Shown here: piece after piece, positions 1 to 11,870 of the stretch
Layout: every line of letters starts with the position of its first letter
How positions within the stretch are numbered: position 1 is the first letter of the stretch
From: Lama glama
Lineage: Eukaryota
Direction of reading: 5' to 3'
DNA length: 64,000 bases
Assembly (NCBI GenBank): GCA_028534125.1
Contig: CM052818.1
Span: forward strand, 39,494,001 to 39,558,000
Made by a program: the position numbers and the translations under genes
The notes under the pieces: model-generated
Told to the model about the DNA's origin: nothing
Databases searched by the model: none
What the model saw: only the letters and a program-made list of their open reading frames with translations

Positions 1-449
1 ACAGGTGGCTTGTTAATGACAACAGTTAATAAGCTGAAGCGGACAGTGGCTTTCTTGGGTAGAAGGGAGGAGGTGGAGCTCTAGCTTCACACTGGGAGCT
101 GGTACGGCTGTAGTGAATCCCAGCTGTGCTGCAGCCTGCAGCCCACTAGAGTGTCCATGCACATGGGTGGCTTATATTTAGGGACTGAAAGAAGATACCT
201 TGTCTCTCCCCTGGGTCATGCCTCATAGGTAGGCTGCTCTGGGTTCAAAGTGCAGAATGGGAAAGCCATGGATTTTGGTGGGCATCAGAGATCATGTCCC
301 CAAATTGCTTGCTTGTAAATGGCAGCCACTCAGCCTTTTCTGCTGCATCCAGCATCTTTGACCCTCCTTCACACCCCCAGCCTTTAGTGCGTAAAGTCTT
401 CTGTTCTCAGACCCCTGCCGTCTGAGGCCCTGGGTTCCATGTGGGCCTA

Positions 450-700
450 GAATGCTTGTAATCCAACCAAGCTGTGAGTGCAGGCCGCTGCTCATCGCTG
501 CTCATCGCTGCTCATCGCTCTCGTACACAATCCCAGTTATCTTGGAAGAGGAGGCCCTACAGTCTGAGGTTAATCTAATCTTTACAATCAGGAGGGACTT
601 TGCAGTGATTAAAGAGCCATTTCCTGCTGACATTGGCGATACCAGCAGCTTCCAAGTCATAAAGAAGAGGAGCTGACAGGCAGAGGGTGGCTGGTCGTGA
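450..700. promoter_or_regulatory. Candidate enhancer (bicoid-class homeodomain, HOX and MEIS motifs)
   Basis: TAATCC 459-464, TAATCTAATCT 571-581, TGATTA 606-611, GTCATAAA 656-663, TGACAG 674-679 in non-repeat DNA. Motif evidence only. Confidence 0.3.
486..519. repeat. Perfect 10-bp tandem repeat (CGCTGCTCAT) x3.4
   Basis: Read directly from the sequence. Confidence 0.95.
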
Positions 701-1044
701 GCAGGGCAGCATCCGGGGTGGTCTGCGCCGAGCGTGCAGCTATCTTGTGAGGCCGTCCTAGCACTTTTCTCTGCAGTGAGTGTGCACTCGGGGGATTGCT
801 CACTGTCATGGTCAGTGTTGGGGGGTGGGGCAGGCTTGAGTCTGAGTAGAGACAGTTGCCATGTGTGAGCTGTGATTTCTTTCCAGTTGTTTCCAGAGCC
901 TGGAAAAACTGGAGGAATGGCCCATGATGAGAGGCTGGATGTATACACTTCAGGGGGCCTCCTTCTTGTAGGAGGATGGAGAGAGTCCAGGGGGGTCAGG
1001 CATAGCTGAAAACAGAGAACTTGGGGAGGAAAAGGGTGTGTATG

Positions 1045-1400
1045 AGGACACTTTTCAATGCAAGTGATAAAAATCTAACCCAAAATATCTTAAGCAAAGT
1101 AGAGAATTCATTATTGGCTTAAGGTCCTGGGGTAGAAGTCTGGCTGAAATGGCATCACTGGGGCTCTGTTCACTCAAGGCCTTGGCTCTGCCCACTGCTG
1201 CGCTGGCTTTATTCTGCAGATGGCTTCCCCCTGGGGATGGAGAATATGGCTGCTGACAGCCTTACGCCCACGTGCTCCCCGCTTGGCACTAACACTGGAT
1301 CAAAGCGAAGTCTATGTCCCAGCTTATTTAGAGAAGATGTAAGTCTAGTGCTGTGTGGTCATTTGCCAGTGGGCTGGGCCTGGAGGGCATGGCAGTGAAG
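1045..1400 (-). mobile_element. Old MaLR LTR fragment (MLT1J/K/L-like)
   Basis: 'atgcaagtgataaaaatctaacccaaaatatcttaagcaaa...ggctttattctgcag...atatggctgctgacagc' resembles the antisense old MLT1 LTR. Bounds approximate. Confidence 0.6.
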
Positions 1401-1962
1401 ACACCCCAACCCATCAACCTTCTTGACCACGTGCAGTCAAATGCCCATAACAGGAGTCAAGATGATCCTCCATTTCCTCCTTCACCCACTCCTGAGGTTC
1501 ATCTCTCCTCCACTTACTACTCCCCAGGTCAAAGAGTAACTAATTTGGGGTTTAGAATGAGAAAATGAAAATTTATAAGGATAAATGTAAATTTTTGCAT
1601 TTCAGATCTGCTGTATGTACAGCTGAGAATTTGCTCTGATCCAGTTACTTCTGGATGCCTCCTGTTTTCTCCTTTTTTGAACAGTAGCGTGTAGAGCAGT
1701 TGTCTTGGGCCTGTCCCACCATCGTCTGTTGAGTGTTTAAGTGGCAGATAACGTGTCACTGTGGTTCCACGTCTTTAGTGGAGACACCGTAGAAGAGGAA
1801 CCATACCTACGGAGTCTCACTGGTGTCTGGACCTGCTTTAGATGAAAAGACCCAGAGGTCAAGCTGATGCCATAATGGAGTGAGCCCTGGGGACCTTGGG
1901 GAGAGCATGGGGGCATTTTGCATGCTGAGGAATGTCAACTGTTTTGGCAGGATTGTTACAGC

Positions 1963-2385
1963 TGTAGCAGAGTGTATTTTCAACATCTCTTCCATCTATA
2001 TGTTCTTTTTGCAGTGTGACCTGTCAGTCCACCATTAAGAGGCAGAATCTTTGTCCCCTCTCCCTGAACCTGGGTGGGCCTTTGCCGCTGCTTCCGCCAG
2101 CAGAGTGTGGGGGAGTGGTGCTCTGGGCTTCCAAGGCTAGGTTGTCAAGGTGGTTAAACGTTCAGATTGGTTCTTCCTTTTTTAGGACACTTGCTTCAGG
2201 GAAGCACAGGTCATGTGGAGAGGCCACGTATAGGGTGTTTTGGGCATTAGCCCCAGCACCAATTACCAGACGTCTGAGTGATGAAGGCGCTAGTCTCCAG
2301 CTTCAGCCCCCATCTCACTGTAACTGCGTGAAAGAACTGTCTGCCAACCTCCAAAACTGTAGGAGATGATTATAGTATTAATAAC

Positions 2386-2431
<46 letters not shown>

Positions 2432-2500
2432 TTAGTTGTAGTAGTAGTAAGTGTTTCATGTCACAGAGTTTGGAGTGCTTTTTACATAACAATAAATGAT
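1963..2500 (+). mobile_element. MaLR solo LTR (MLT1H-like) with internal (TAA)n
   Basis: 'gcagtgtgacctgtcagtccaccattaagaggcagaatc...ttccaaggctagg' and the end 'cacagagtttggagtgctttttacataacaata' match the MLT1G/H pattern. Confidence 0.7.
2378..2428. repeat. (TAA)n trinucleotide microsatellite
   Basis: Direct reading. Confidence 0.95.
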
Positions 2501-2599
2501 GAGAATGGTTAATATTAAGATCACAGAGGAATCTTAACCATCCACAACCTTGAGATGAGCTTGTTCCATGGCTACTTAAACTCTAAAATATGCTTGGAG

Positions 2600-2778
2600 C
2601 AGGGAGGGTATAACTAAGTGGTAGAGTGCTTGCTTAGCATACACAAGGTCCTGGGTTCAGTCCCCAGTACCTCCATTAAAAAATAAATAAATCAGTAAAC
2701 CTAATTACCTCCCCTTGCCCTGCAAAAATTAAAAAAAAATTTTTTTTAAATTTTTTAAAAGGGAGAAAAAAATAAAAC
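2600..2778 (+). mobile_element. Camelid tRNA-derived SINE (Vic-1 type)
   Basis: Head 'gggagggtataactaagtggtagagtgcttgcttagcatacacaaggtcctgggttcagtccccagtacctcc' with Pol III A/B-box remnants, 'aaacctaattacctcccc' body, A/T-rich tail, and degenerate TSD at 2585-2599 / 2779-2793. Confidence 0.88.
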
Positions 2779-3399
2779 AAAATACATTTGGAGAACTACA
2801 ATTCAGGTTGGAAGGAGGCTGCCTTGTATGTGGAGTTAATTAAGAAGTCCATGTAGGGATTAAACAGGTGATTGGGTATTTGAGGTGGAATAACAGAAGT
2901 GGTGGGACATTTTAACCAACGGTATTATTAACATTGCCAGAAAGAGCCAATATTCCTTAGAAACTTCCCTTCGGAGGCTGGAGAAGAAGGAGCAGAGTCG
3001 CCAGTACCGTTTCCCACATCTTCTGATGAAGTCGAGGTCTTGCTTGTGGGGAGTATAGCTGTGTGAACCCTCATGGGACTCCTCTTGATTGGAGTCATTT
3101 TCGCTGAAAACCTGTCAAGTCTTCTCAACCCCTCGGGGACCTTCCCGAATTGCCCCGTTCTCACTGGTCGCCCTCGCTGCCGGGAGCATCCACCCCACAC
3201 GTCTTAGCCCTTCGCTGCAGCACCGCCCTCTGCCGCCTCGGGACAAGGCCTTAATGGGCTGCTCGCTATCTCGCCCCACTTTTCCTGGCTGCCTTCCTTC
3301 CCCACAGCCTTCCAGAACAACTGGTGGCTCTGAGAATACACCATACCTTTCCGTGGGCACTTGCTGATGCTGTTCCTCCCTCCAGAAGTGCTGTTTCTT

Positions 3400-3690
3400 C
3401 AGCTTTTTCCTCTCCCTCTCTCCCCCTGCCCCACTGAGAAACACACACACTCCTCTCCCACATTCACCCCTCTTCCTCCACCCAGTGCCTCGTCACCTTC
3501 CAGGTGTCTATTAAGAAGGCTGTTCCTCCAGGAGGCCTTCCATACCACTTCCAGAACTGGGCTAAGGCTCTTCCTTCCTTGTGCCTCCCCTTCTCACACA
3601 TCATTTCACTCTTAGAATTGTCTGGTTGCTGTTTCCGTCTAGAAGGTGACCTCTCTGAAGGCAGGGACTGTGTTCAGCTCATCTCAGCAC
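3400..3690 (+). mobile_element. L2 3' fragment
   Basis: 'ctagaaggtgacctctctgaaggcagggactgtg' is the typical L2 3' end, preceded by a pyrimidine-rich L2-like body. Confidence 0.55.
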
Positions 3691-3864
3691 CTGTTTTTGT
3701 CAGTCTGTGACCCTCCCCAGCCTAGAATCTCCTTTAGGCAGGGGCCAGGCTTTGTCTTCACACACATGAGGATGAGTGCACATTTGGGCTCCAAAGCTTG
3801 TTGACTGACTGACTGATAAGTTTTGCACAGAGCATTCAGAGACCTAATCATCTATGAGCTATCA

Positions 3865-4590
3865 GTCTAGCATAATGGAAAAGAGTGTGGGTTCTGGAGT
3901 CAGCAAAAGACCTGGTTTGAGCCATGGCTTCTTGGTGTGGCAGCCATGGAGGCCAGCTGCTCAGACTTCCGGTCAAGAAAGCACTTGCGGAAGAGCTGCG
4001 AGGAGGGCAGTTAGCTGACGCCCTCCAGCTGCCACACCTCTGGGGTCCTTCATGGTGTTTGAGCCCAGGCTGCTCTCAGCCTGGGCATCTCCCAGCCAGT
4101 GGCTGAGTGCAGTGGGGATGCTGGGGCCTGGACACCTCTGCTCAGTGTGGGACCCTCTGCGGGCAGTCCTTGTACTGTTGGGCTACTGAGATTTTCTCAG
4201 ATATGCACTGTAGTCTGAGGTGCTCCTACCCAATCTTTCTTCCTCCTCCTCCTTTCACAAGTGTCAAGACTGCATTGCAGTTTGAGGACTCCCCTGATGC
4301 TTCTGTTCCCCTCCCCCATGCACCATTTATCTTTCACAGGGGTTTATTCTAATAAATCTCTTGCATTTCTAACTTATCTTGGCATCTGCTTCCCAGAGCA
4401 CCACCTGACACTCTATGACCTTAGAAAAACTTCTTAGCTGGTCTGTGCTTCAGTTTCCTTATCTATAAAATGGGCACAGTAGTAGTAATGATTTCATAGG
4501 TTAATAGTGAAGATTAGTTACATGTTAATTACATGTGAAGTGCTTAGTGTGGTTTCTGCCACATAAGTACTCAAAAAAAATCAGCTACGG
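3865..4590 (+). mobile_element. MIR SINE split by an LTR insertion (5' part ~3865-3935, 3' part ~4411-4590)
   Basis: Head 'tagcataatggaaaagagtgtgggttctggagtcag'; the core 'cttcagtttccttatctataaaatggg' resumes after the LTR. Confidence 0.8.
3936..4410 (+). mobile_element. ERVL solo LTR (LTR16-like)
   Basis: TG...CA ends, AATAAA near 4351, and the LTR16-type end 'aataaatctcttgcatttctaac...catctgcttcccagag...aca'. Confidence 0.7.
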
Positions 4591-4634
4591 CTACCTAAAG
4601 CCCACAATCCACTTAGACTTGGTGCTTCCCTTGA

Positions 4635-4669
4635 ACCCAGCACCCAGCACCCAGCACCCAGCACCCAGC
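4635..4669. repeat. Perfect 7-bp tandem repeat (ACCCAGC) x5
   Basis: Direct reading; lies in an L2-tail-like fragment. Confidence 0.95.
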
Positions 4670-5739
4670 TCAAGATCTGGCATGGAGTAGACACTCAGTA
4701 AAAGCCTGGTGGGTGAATAGAGATCAGTGAGGCAAAGCAAGCTTTCCCAGCAGAGCAGCAAGTGCAGCCCCTGACCAGTCCCTGTGCATGGACCTGCAGC
4801 CCGAGAGAGCCCGCCTGAGGGAAGACTCCCACCAGCTGGGCCAGGATGAAGAGACCCCTCCTCCTGCCCGGGGGCCACCAGCTGGCTCCTTTGTTTCCAC
4901 ATCCCAGGGCCACCTCATGGCAGGAAGAAGGAAGGAGTGGGGGAAGTCTTTATCCCTTTCTGTAGAAAGATGTCCCTCATGTTCCTTCTGGAAAAGGCCA
5001 GGCTCTGGGTGTGCTGGGTCCCTCCTCGTGTGCTGGGCTGAGCCCTGTCTCAGAAGGTCTGAGCAGGTGTTCGGGCCTGAGGATGACACCTGACCTTGAT
5101 TCAGAGTCCTTCTGTGGCTAGGAAGTCACTATTCTCAGGGCTTGGATTTCCAGGGAGCTGAAAAGTAGTGGAGGCGAGGAAACACCCTTTTGTTTGCAGG
5201 GTCACATGATGTGCTGTGCGACCAGTTTCATGGTCCAGAATCTGCCTGGTGGAGGTCTGTGCGCACTGCACATCCACCCACCCTGGCCCACTGCAGAAAA
5301 AGCTGCAGGGCTCAGTCGGTTCAATTAGCTGTCTTTTGGACAGTTCACTTATGTGGTGAATATTTGGAAACAACCTTATTTGAGGTATGGATGTTGCAAA
5401 GGTAATTTTTAACTGGGGATCTTTTCTAGCATGAGGGATGCAGAGCTTGCCCAAGCTCTAATGCTTGGAGGAAGAGATTTTTCTCTCTGGCTTCTTTAGA
5501 ACTCAGGGCCAGGTTCTAGAGAGTTAAGTGCTCGGAGACAATGCAGCCCTGTTTAGGGAAAACTTCCTATGAGCAGGGCACTGTGCTAAGCATTTCAGAG
5601 ACATCATTTCCAGCGAACACATACAGCAGCTCTAAGAGGGGGAGCATCATGATAAAATGGCTTGTGGAGGCTGAGGGAGCAAGGGTTTTGATCTCTGTGG
5701 TTCAGTCTCAATGTCAAGTGTCCTATCTTCCTGTCAATG

Positions 5740-6160
5740 TACTCAGGGAAAGGGAACCAGGGGTAGGAGAGCATCTTTTAGTGTATCAAAGGAACACTGG
5801 AGTTAACTGAAAGAGCTCCCAAAGCTGGAACAATTGGAGCAAGAAAATAAAGTAGTATTGGATTATAACCCAAAGGATAAAATAAGTATGAATTCCTACT
5901 GATATAAATGATTGAATACAAAAATAAATAGGAAAGAGCAGACAAATCTTCTGTGCAGAAGAATTCCAAATAACTTATGTAGATACTCCACCCTCAAGGA
6001 GGTGGTGCATAACTGCATGTCCCTTAAGTATGGGCTCGACATAGTAACTTCCTTGCAAAGGGTGACATTGGGAAAGGGGAGAACTTCTCATGGAGAAACT
6101 TGACAAGCATGACATTAGCCACGTGATCAAGGTCAACATCAACAGCGGTAAGTTCCTTTC
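5740..6160 (+). mobile_element. Old L1 3' UTR fragment (L1MC/MD-like)
   Basis: 'gagctcccaaagctggaacaa...gtagtattggattataacccaaag...gtgatcaaggtcaacatcaacag' is typical of L1MC/MD 3' UTR. Confidence 0.75.
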
Positions 6161-7059
6161 AGATGATGAAAGTATATCCTAGGGCCTCCGGTAGTCCTGG
6201 TACCAAAGTCCAACCCAAGTGCATTTGCGACCACCATCCTTCCAAGCATTTCAGATCCCCTCTGGCTTCTTCTCTCAGCATCTCCCTGCCTCTCCACAGC
6301 CCTGCTGCTCATCCAACTCCCTGAGTGCACCACACCTGCCACATTCTTAACCCTATCTGGGGTTCCCCACCCCATTCCTACCCCTCCAACAAGGTCCAGA
6401 CCCAGGCCCATCTATGAGGGAGCCTCACTTGGCCCCCAGACCACAGGGCTATCTGAGTTCCTCAATGCTGTCTGTCTGTATCTCATCAGTTACCCTGTGC
6501 AGTTTAGGCTCTTGCAGAGTTTAAAGTGGGAGCTCCTGCGAGGAGACAGGACAGGACAAGGTCATCCCACATCCCTGCTTTCCCAGGGCTGTGGGTCCTG
6601 GCAGGGGTTGGGGGGGTACTGTGGCAGCTGCACGTGTTCTTGATCGAGAGTCACTTGTGCTCCTGGGAGCTTCGCATGGGCAGAGGCTGGGGTCAGAGGG
6701 CTGAGGTGTTTGATTAGTGGAGTTTGGCTTTGGGACTTCCCTCTTACCCCTGGGCTTATGTGGACTCACCTCCCTCCCTCCCTTGTTGGGCCCCCTTCCC
6801 TCCCTCTCTCATCAGGTGCCTGTGAGCTGCTGACTTGTCCCTGCCAGGCAGGAGCCCCCCAAGCTGCTAGTCCTCTCTCCTCTTGGTAGGCCAGCGCATC
6901 CTTTGCATTCATAGATGAATTCCCTCCTGTAACTCTTGTGAATCAGAATTTTCCCGACTTTCCCAGAGGGAAAAGTGAAGCGCCCGAGGTAGGACTTCAA
7001 GAGGATGGGCTTTGGCTTGGGTGGAGAGGTCTTCAGTATCCCTTAAAATTTCCTTCTGT

Positions 7060-7315
7060 CTTCAACCACTTATTTAACCAACACCATCTGAGTGTCTGTC
7101 TCATGCCAGGCATTAAGAATACAGGTGTAAAAAAGACAGTTCCTACCCTCAAGCTGCTTATAGTCTAGTAGAACAGAAGGAAGATAAGCAGATAATTTTA
7201 AGACTGTGTCATAAATATTATCTAAGAGGTTTTAGGAGCACAGGAGACTAGCCTGTAACCCAGTCTTGGTGAGTCAGGAAATGCTTCCCTGCAGAAGTTA
7301 CAGCTGAGACCTGGA
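7060..7315 (-). mobile_element. L2 3' end fragment
   Basis: 'aagacagttcctaccctcaagctgcttatagtctag...gtcaggaaatgcttccc' is the antisense L2 tail pattern. Confidence 0.7.
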
Positions 7316-8037
7316 GTGAAATTTCTCTGTCAACCGGGTGCCAGTTCAGACTCAAGTCTCTCTCCCCCGGAGCAGGTGCTAGAGAGAACCGAAGAGGATG
7401 AAGGGCCCCAGGCTCGGAGGAAGTGGGAAGGAGGGAAAGAGGAAACAGGAAAGAGAGGTGGATGAAGGTGAGGTGCAGTTCCCAGCACCGAGGCCCGGAT
7501 CAGAACAGGACCGGTGGGCCGGGCTGCCTGGGCACTGAGCCCCTGTGCTGCTGGCCGGGCGCCCGCCCTTTCTTCTTTTGCCTCAGGCCAACGCTGGGCT
7601 TCCCTGGGGGGGCCTGAGTGACCCTGGCTGGAACCAGAGGACTGAAGGGCCTGGGCCATCAGCCTGGCCTTCGTCATCAGCTCTTTGGCAGGGCCATGGT
7701 GGCAGAACGACTTGTCCTGCCTCAGCCAGAGCAGAATGGGGGCTGTGCTGACCCGCCAGCCCAGCCGCTCCTCACTCTCCTGCCTGGATCTGACCAAGTG
7801 AGAATAAACACAGCGCACTTTGAGTCCTGCCTTGTGGGGCTTTGGTTTTGACCTGCCAAGGGCATTCCTGGGCACTCTCTGCTGCTCTCTTCAGCCAGAT
7901 CACTGTGTTTGTGCAAAAAGAGGTTGAGGTCACTGAAGGTCCAGGGTGTCGGCTCTGGGGAGTGTCCTGGAGGTGCCGAGCCAGAGTGCTGTGTGTCCTG
8001 CCGAGGCTCCAGGGATGTTCAAGAGTGTGGACTTTCA

Positions 8038-8187
8038 CCACAAATGACAAACGCTGGAGAGGCTGTGGAGAAAAGGGAACCCTCCTACACTGCTGGTGGG
8101 AATGCAGTTTGGTGCAGCCACTGTGGAAAACAGTATGGAGATTCCTCGAAAGACTAGAAATAGACTTACCATATGACCCAGGAATCC
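8038..8187 (+). mobile_element. 5'-truncated young L1, ORF2 C-terminal cysteine-rich region, running into a gap
   Basis: Uninterrupted translation [49 protein letters not shown] is the L1 ORF2p C-terminal motif. Confidence 0.95.
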
Positions 8188-8687
8188 NNNNNNNNNNNNN
8201 NNNNNNNNNNNNNNNNNNNNNNNNNNNNNNNNNNNNNNNNNNNNNNNNNNNNNNNNNNNNNNNNNNNNNNNNNNNNNNNNNNNNNNNNNNNNNNNNNNNN
8301 NNNNNNNNNNNNNNNNNNNNNNNNNNNNNNNNNNNNNNNNNNNNNNNNNNNNNNNNNNNNNNNNNNNNNNNNNNNNNNNNNNNNNNNNNNNNNNNNNNNN
8401 NNNNNNNNNNNNNNNNNNNNNNNNNNNNNNNNNNNNNNNNNNNNNNNNNNNNNNNNNNNNNNNNNNNNNNNNNNNNNNNNNNNNNNNNNNNNNNNNNNNN
8501 NNNNNNNNNNNNNNNNNNNNNNNNNNNNNNNNNNNNNNNNNNNNNNNNNNNNNNNNNNNNNNNNNNNNNNNNNNNNNNNNNNNNNNNNNNNNNNNNNNNN
8601 NNNNNNNNNNNNNNNNNNNNNNNNNNNNNNNNNNNNNNNNNNNNNNNNNNNNNNNNNNNNNNNNNNNNNNNNNNNNNNNNNNNNNNN
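8188..8687. other. Assembly gap (500 N)
   Basis: N run. Confidence 1.
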
Positions 8688-11019
8688 CCACTCCAACCAA
8701 ATTTAGTGGAAATGAGCACTTCGTCTGTCTTGATGGGAGGAGCAGAGGCCAACAGCAAGCCTGGGAGAGGGTGGAGGTCAGTGGTGGGGACTGCACCCTT
8801 CTAAAACTCTTTCAGGTACGTCTGGTGGGATAATAAGTTCCCCTGAAATCTTGGCAGACTAGGTCAAGGTGAAGGCTCTCAGGTGGGTGTTGCCTGGAGA
8901 ATCCTGGGGTTGCAGAAAAAGTGTCTTCAGTGTCCCATGGGCCGTCTTGTGACCCCCTCTGAGTGGCTCCAGTGGGTTGAACTAGAATCAGTGGGCTGCC
9001 ATTATGGTGTGGCCAATTTCAGCTCACTGGGAGGACTGACTTCCTCGTGTGGAGCTGTCCGCTGTCCTCGTGGGGAGCTGGGCAGTCATAGGCTGATTGA
9101 CCGCTTGGCTGGGGTGAGGTGCAGGTGACCGATTGCTGGTCACACCTCTTCCTCTGAGCCTTCACCCCTCCCACGGAGATTTTATGTTTAGCCTGCAGCA
9201 TAGCAGCTGGAGATCCTCCCTCCCTCCTTTCCTTCCGACTTTCCTTCCTCTTTGTTGTCCCCTTGGAGACAGGGCTCTCTGAGTCAGAGCTGCAGGCAGG
9301 CACAACTGCAAGGTAGCACTGGTCTGTGCTCTGTGTCTCCAGCTGCTTTCGGGGGTCCTCCCACCCTGCCCCCAGCCTGGGCCTCTGGTCATAGTCCTGC
9401 CCAGCAGCCTGGGGACCCTCTCTCCCCACGGCAGCGCTTTGGGGAGACCTTCTCCCGGGGCTCTTGTGGGGCCAGGGAGGCAGGCTAGGAGTCGGGAGAG
9501 GCAGATGGCACCGGCCTGCTGGGTTGGTCCAGCTCCCTCCAGGAAGCAGCTTGCTCAGCTGTAAGAGTCTAGGTCGGGATTCTCTGTCCCCTCAATCAGC
9601 ACCTCCAAAAGCTGAGACGAGAGGAAGTTTCCCACTTGTACCACACGCAGCTTCAATTCAGCTCCGTGCTTCCTGCAGCTAAGTGATTACCTGGGGAACC
9701 AAAACTTCTTTTTCAGCCCACCTTTCCTTTTTGGTCTTGCCCCACTGCTCCACCTCGCATCTCCCCTACCCCTGCCCCTTGCTACCCCTCTCTAGGACAG
9801 AGGGGGTTCTGCCAACCAGGGGCTCAGGGGTCCCTGGGCTCCAGCAAGGCCGTGCCACACCTGGTGGGGATCTTCCTTGCAGTTTGGGTCTCATGCCCTT
9901 TCCAGAGCATGGTCAGGTGGCTGGAGCCCCAAGGAGTGTGTCTAAGGAAGAGATCAGTGTGTGGGTGCCATGCTCAGTAGAGGGAAATCCAGGGCTCTCT
10001 GCAATGGGAAATGAACCTGGAGTCACAGGCTCTGCCCCCTTCCCTCCATCTCCCCAGTTTGGCTGCAAAATCCCACACCCTGCGGTTCAGAACACAGTGG
10101 GCCTTTGGGAAATCCAGCACAGCCTGCTTCCAGGCCAAGTCCCATCAGCTCAGTAGGCTGAGCGAGGAGGGAGGAGCCCAGGCCCCAAAGGTTCTTCAGC
10201 CTCATTTCCTTGAGAGCTATAGTCTTGTCAGCCACGGTGCTGGGCAGAGCTGGCATAGAAGTTTCTGGAAGGACTGAGATAACCCAGAGAGGAATGGGGT
10301 GGCACAGGAACAGCAGGATCCAAGCTGACTCGGCCCCTTCACATCTCATGCAGCTCCCTCCTGTCACAGGCCAATGAGGGGCAGAGGGACGAGGCTGGGG
10401 ACAGAAGTCCAAGCAGAGAAGAATGAACGTGTTCGGGTGGTCCCGGGCCCCTCACCACTAGGCGGCCTGAATGAATTGCTATGTGTTTCTCTTTTCTATT
10501 TGAGGGAACTGTTAAGATTTTTATACTGTCACAGATAAAAAGGCTCAGGCTGTATTTCACAATTTATGTAGTTGACTTCATGTGCACTTGCTAACATTTA
10601 TATGTTTTAGGGGGCGGTCTGGGGAGCACTTCCTCTTACCTTCAGATGCAGCACTGATGGACATAAAGAAAGGCACTTAGGAGGTGGCATTTAGCTGAGG
10701 GGGTGAACTAACTTCTCTGATGGGCTTAGGGCTGACCTAGAGTTCAGACCTGGACCCTGGAGAAGCCGTGAAATAGAAGACAGGGTGTGAGAAGAGCGGA
10801 GGGAAGGCATGCTTCTCAGATGGGAAGAGACCTCAGTCATGCAAACCCGGAATGCTGCTGATGGGCATTCATGAGAAATGCCAGCCGTGGAAAGAAAGGA
10901 CCCCTTCCCCTGAGTGAGACTAGAGGGATACTGAGGAGAGGCGTGCTGGGCAGTGGTTGCAGGTGCACAGACATGGGTGCAGACACAGAGGCAGAGAGGG
11001 CAGGGTAACAACAGCCATT

Positions 11020-11390
11020 TTTATGGAGACCCCTCCTGTGCCAGGGGCTTTGGATGGACGACTCTAGTCCTCATCTCTGCCCGCGGAGGATGCCTCACCA
11101 CCCCCAATTTCTGACTAAGAAAACTGGCAGTATGACTCAGTGGTGAGTGGGAGCTGGGATCTGAGTCAGGCTTATTTGATTTTGAAGTTCTTGAGCATTT
11201 CATGCAGCTTCTAGGAGACTCCGAAGGCTTGAGTCCCATGCAGGGCTTCTCAGAAGTGAAAGAACCCAAGTCTCTCAGTTTAGAGATTAGGAACCTGGGG
11301 CCCAGAAAAGGGAGGAGGAATTTCCTGAAGCCGTCATGCTGGAGGATAAAAGAGAAGAAATCAGAACCTAGTTCTCTAGACTTGTGGTCT
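11020..11390 (-). mobile_element. Degraded MIR fragments
   Basis: 'cccaatttctgactaagaaaactgg...gagctgggatctgagtcaggc' plus a second similar tract near 11270-11390. Confidence 0.5.
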
Positions 11391-11584
11391 AGTGCAATGT
11401 CAGGATCCCAGTCTTAAAACAGGACGTTCCAGATCGCCACACCTGTTGTGTACTATTTTTGATGGTTATTATCTTTGACAGCTCTCCAGTGACATGAATA
11501 AACTCTACATGAATTTTGAAATTATTTTAGAATATATTTATACGTTATTCATAGCAGATTTGTACAGCCAAGTGAAACCTGGAG

Positions 11585-11870
11585 CAACAGCTGCTGCTTT
11601 TTTGGCCATGACCCCATATTTTACATTGTATCTCATTATACATATACATATGTATATATGTGTATACATTATACACACACACATTATATGTATAACTAAA
11701 ACATATGTTTTCTGAAGTAATATTTATCCTTACTATGTGTGATATACTTTGATATTTTCTACTCTCATCCACTCTATTCTATTTTAGTAAAAATATGCTG
11801 GTTGTGAACTGTCTAAATCAATTTCACGACAAATGAATGGTTCACGACCCACAGTTTGAGACACCATGAC
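11585..11870. mobile_element. Non-autonomous hAT-Charlie element (MER119/Charlie7-like) with internal TA/CA-rich tract
   Basis: End 'aaatcaatttcacgac...ggttcacgacccacagtttgagacacc' resembles a hAT MITE terminus. Confidence 0.6.

Noticed and set aside
452-676. Protein-like peptide YTIPVILEEEALQSEVNLIF...
   Set aside because: No clear splice sites or recognisable homology; better explained as non-coding.
2601-2675. tRNA gene
   Set aside because: The tRNA-like head is followed by a SINE body, tail and TSD; the A/B boxes are degenerate.
7772-8804. Longest ORFs (320-328 aa) and similar ones at 12.9-13.5, 25.4-26.1 and 44.5-44.9 kb
   Set aside because: Artefacts of translating through N runs.
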